Shown here piece by piece: positions 61,821 to 64,000 of a stretch of DNA of 64,000 nt; positions within the stretch are counted from its first letter, which is position 1; each line of letters opens with the position of its first letter. The notes under the pieces were generated by a model that saw only the letters and a program-made list of their open reading frames with translations, did not search any database and had not been told where the DNA came from. The stretch spans positions 56,029 through 120,028 of the IMG/VR virus record IMGVR_UViG_3300045988_103986. One strand, written 5' to 3'. This DNA comes from a virus. The position numbers and the translations under genes are program-made.

Positions 61821-62432
61821 ATGAGTGCAATTCAAGAGTTAGCCCCGTATATTGCAAAATATCAGCCAAGCATAAAACGTGCAAAGATGGAAAAGGGATA
61901 CACCTGCAATGACTTGGTTGAGCTTTCCGGCATATCGAAATCCGCAGTAGAGCGCTTGTGTGATGGAACGCAAGCTGATCCGAAACTGTTTAATGCCGTT
62001 GCTCTCTGTAAAGTGCTTGGGTTATCCATCGACAAACTCTTCGGTCTACCATCTTCTGCAGACTCCAGCGCAGAGCTTCGAAAAAAAATCCATGAGATGG
62101 AACTGCAAAACCACGAGTTGGAAATGAAACTCTCCAAGACTACCGGCGAGTTGAACGTGTCAAAATCCGAATTTTCTCATCAAAAGGAAAAAACTGACAT
62201 GCTTCAAACGCAGTTGAAAGCACGTCAGCCTGTAATTTACACCCTCCTGTGTCTGTGTGCAACCATGGCCTTCTCGCTACTTTTCTATATTATCCTCGAT
62301 ATCAATGCGCCGGCCGTTGGTTTTATTCAACACGGAAAGATCAGTGTCGTTGCATGGATCGTGATTGCGATGATTTCTGTATCTACTGTTGCTATTTCAT
62401 GGTCGATCATTAAAGTTATTCAAAAAAAATGA
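61821..62432 (+). CDS. Membrane-anchored XRE-type HTH protein (HTH, coiled coil, then two C-terminal TM helices)
   Basis: ATG at 61821 with RBS GGAGG. 'YTCNDLVELSGISKSAVERLCDG'. TM segments VIYTLLCLCATMAFSLLFYIIL and VVAWIVIAMISVSTVAISWSII. Confidence 0.6.
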   Translation: MSAIQELAPYIAKYQPSIKRAKMEKGYTCNDLVELSGISKSAVERLCDGTQADPKLFNAVALCKVLGLSIDKLFGLPSSADSSAELRKKIHEMELQNHELEMKLSKTTGELNVSKSEFSHQKEKTDMLQTQLKARQPVIYTLLCLCATMAFSLLFYIILDINAPAVGFIQHGKISVVAWIVIAMISVSTVAISWSIIKVIQKK

Positions 62433-62484
62433 ATTTATCTGTCCGCACCCGGTACGTATCCAAAGTCCAAATGGAGGTAATATT

Positions 62485-62682
62485 TTGAACAACGATTCTT
62501 ACAAGCGCGATCAAGTGGTGCTGGACAGCCTTGATGCAAATATGCACGAAGCCCCTAAATACGGCATCTGTGCTGACACATTTTATGCCCTAAAGGAAGA
62601 GTTTCTTCGTGTCATGCAGGAGCGTGACGAAGCCATTGCGAAGCTGCAGACGCTTCAGGAGGGCCAGCCTCATGAAATGTAA
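62485..62682 (+). CDS. Small hypothetical protein (65 aa, TTG start) upstream of int
   Basis: RBS GGAGG 8 nt before the TTG at 62485. Overlaps the int start by 11 nt. Confidence 0.35.
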   Translation: MNNDSYKRDQVVLDSLDANMHEAPKYGICADTFYALKEEFLRVMQERDEAIAKLQTLQEGQPHEM

Positions 62683-63796
62683 ATCTTGCGGCCGCGAAAT
62701 CGAAGATAATTCCATGTTCTGCAACTGGTGCGGCGAGAAACAGATTAAAGAACGTAAAAAGAAAGACGAGATCAAGATCCCAGCTCCAAGGCAGCTTGCG
62801 AGCGGTAGTTGGCGTATTTATCTTGACGCAGAGAAGCAAAGCATTACGGACACCTCAAAGGAAAAGTGTATTGCCAAAGCTAAGGCTATTCGTGCTGGAT
62901 TCCTGGAAAAAAAGAAACACGCCCCCAAACTAACTGTCGAAGATGCAATCAAGAAGATGATACACGATAAAGATGGGGTTATTTCCCCTTCCACCATACG
63001 TGGCTACGACATTGCTCTTCGTCATGGGTTCAAAAAATATATGAAGTGCGATATCTCTTCGCCCATTGATTGGCAGGAAGCGATAAAGGAAGAGGCAGCG
63101 CTTGTTTCCGCAAAGACTGTTTTTAATCGCTGGAATGTCATATCAGCCGCTATGCGGCACGTCAAAGTAACCCCACCAGATGTCACACTTCCGAAATTCA
63201 AAAAAGGTGGTCAGCCATATTTAGATTTTGAGCAGATTCGTGCCTTCATCCCTCTCATCCGAGGAACTACCTGCGAAGTCGCAGCTCTCTTGGCGCTTCA
63301 CTCCTTGCGCTTATCTGAACTCGTAAATCTTAAAGGTCGCGACATTGTTGTTTCAAAACGCGGAACTGCCTTCATCAACGTCTCAGGCTCTCGCGTTCTT
63401 GACAAGAATAACAAACTTATCGAAAAGGACACTAACAAGACATACGAATCGACAAGAGAAATTCCGGTTGTGATTCCGCGTCTGCTCGATATTCTTCCAG
63501 ATGTCGCTCCGGATGATTATATCGTCAAGCTCACTCCGCAAGCGATTGGTAAACAGATCAACAAGATTTGCAAAGCAAACAACCTTCCGTTGGTTTCCGT
63601 TCATGGTCTACGTCGGTCTTTCGCATCTCTCGGTTATCATTTGGGATGGCCCGAACTTCGTACAATGAAATTTGGCGGTTGGACTAATATCAAGACCGTT
63701 CATGAGCATTACCTTCATGAGGCGCAGAAGGACATGGACAAGAGTACGAAAAAGATGCAGAAGTTCTACAGCGACATTGAGAAGTGTTCAAAATAG
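62672..63796 (+). CDS. int: Tyrosine integrase with N-terminal Zn-ribbon
   Basis: ATG at 62672 with RBS AGGAGGG. N-terminal CKSCG..CNWCG. Catalytic-region motifs 'LHSLRLSE', 'HGLRRSFAS' and 'HEHYLH'. Confidence 0.85.
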   Translation: MKCKSCGREIEDNSMFCNWCGEKQIKERKKKDEIKIPAPRQLASGSWRIYLDAEKQSITDTSKEKCIAKAKAIRAGFLEKKKHAPKLTVEDAIKKMIHDKDGVISPSTIRGYDIALRHGFKKYMKCDISSPIDWQEAIKEEAALVSAKTVFNRWNVISAAMRHVKVTPPDVTLPKFKKGGQPYLDFEQIRAFIPLIRGTTCEVAALLALHSLRLSELVNLKGRDIVVSKRGTAFINVSGSRVLDKNNKLIEKDTNKTYESTREIPVVIPRLLDILPDVAPDDYIVKLTPQAIGKQINKICKANNLPLVSVHGLRRSFASLGYHLGWPELRTMKFGGWTNIKTVHEHYLHEAQKDMDKSTKKMQKFYSDIEKCSK

Positions 63797-63806
63797 GCCC
63801 AGATTC

Positions 63807-63830
63807 CGTGCCGATTTTCGTGCCGATTTT
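63807..63830 (+). repeat. Perfect tandem 12-mer (CGTGCCGATTTT x2), candidate integrase arm-type sites
   Basis: Seen directly, 10 nt after the int stop, between int and the tRNA end. Confidence 0.6.
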
Positions 63831-63933
63831 GGCCAATTTTTTATTGCACATATGTAATCTTTCGTGTTTGAAAAGTTCAGTTTTTAGAGTTGTAATTCAG
63901 TGGGAATATTCCGTGAAACCCTTGATACGCAAA

Positions 63934-63972
63934 GAAAAAACCTGCAATCCATTGAGATTGCAGGTTTTTCTT
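63934..63972. terminator. Bidirectional intrinsic terminator between int and the tRNA gene
   Basis: A-run, then stem acctgcaatc (63940-63949) pairing with gattgcaggt (63956-63965), then a T-run. Confidence 0.7.
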
Positions 63973-63974
63973 CT

Positions 63975-64000
63975 TGGCAGGGGATGAGGGATTCGAACCC
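63975..64000 (-). tRNA. 3' part of a tRNA gene (T-arm, acceptor 3' strand, G discriminator, CCA); probable integration target
   Basis: Minus strand reads GGG-TTCGAAT-CCCTC-ATCCCCT-G-CCA. The window ends inside the T-stem. The acceptor sequence with G73 is compatible with tRNA-Trp, but the identity is not determinable. Confidence 0.6.

Noticed and set aside
62086-62093. A8 homopolymers at 62086-62093 and about 62424-62431 in the membrane-HTH gene, considered as further phase-variation tracts.
   Set aside because: Both are in frame and encode Lys-Lys in an intact ORF. There are no paralogous copies or alternative-frame continuations, so there is no evidence of switching.
1-64000. CRISPR arrays, rRNA genes, retron/RT elements, toxin-antitoxin pairs, and tail-chaperone G/GT slippery sites.
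   Set aside because: I saw no regularly spaced repeat arrays, no RT motifs (YxDD), no rRNA-like conserved blocks and no convincing slippery heptamer between the major tail gene and the tape measure gene.

Overview
The whole window is a temperate siphovirus-like prophage of a Firmicutes/Clostridia-type host (about 50% GC, AGGAGG ribosome-binding sites, tightly coupled genes). Only the right end is visible, next to a partial tRNA gene at 63975-64000; the left end lies beyond position 1. From right to left on the minus strand: a lysogeny module on the plus strand (Zn-ribbon tyrosine integrase, membrane-anchored HTH protein, CI-like repressor) facing a Cro-like gene; an early module (YqaJ exonuclease, DUF1351, RecT, SSB-like, DUF1064, ThyX-like, ASCH, four tandem Lar-like genes, many Cys-rich small ORFs); a strong promoter with a leader terminator; packaging genes (terS-like, a free-standing GIY-YIG homing endonuclease, terL, portal); the head module; a large fibre or neck-appendage module; the tail module (major tail protein, 1742-aa tape measure, 1550-aa Asp-box-rich Dit-like protein, Tal-like proteins); a tnpB-only IS200/IS605 element; and a holin/endolysin cassette. 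The most unusual feature is an array of six paralogous small fibre-tip-like genes at 20931-24546. Five of them are split at a 5' poly-G(8-9) tract and all five are currently out of frame. Other points of interest: a duplicated 575-bp DUF6273 cassette that splits a tail gene, a tRNA-like minihelix after the capsid gene, an in-frame stop in the terL 5' region, a fibre-gene frameshift junction, and conserved structured terminator elements. All protein family calls come from motif recognition by eye, with no database searches.
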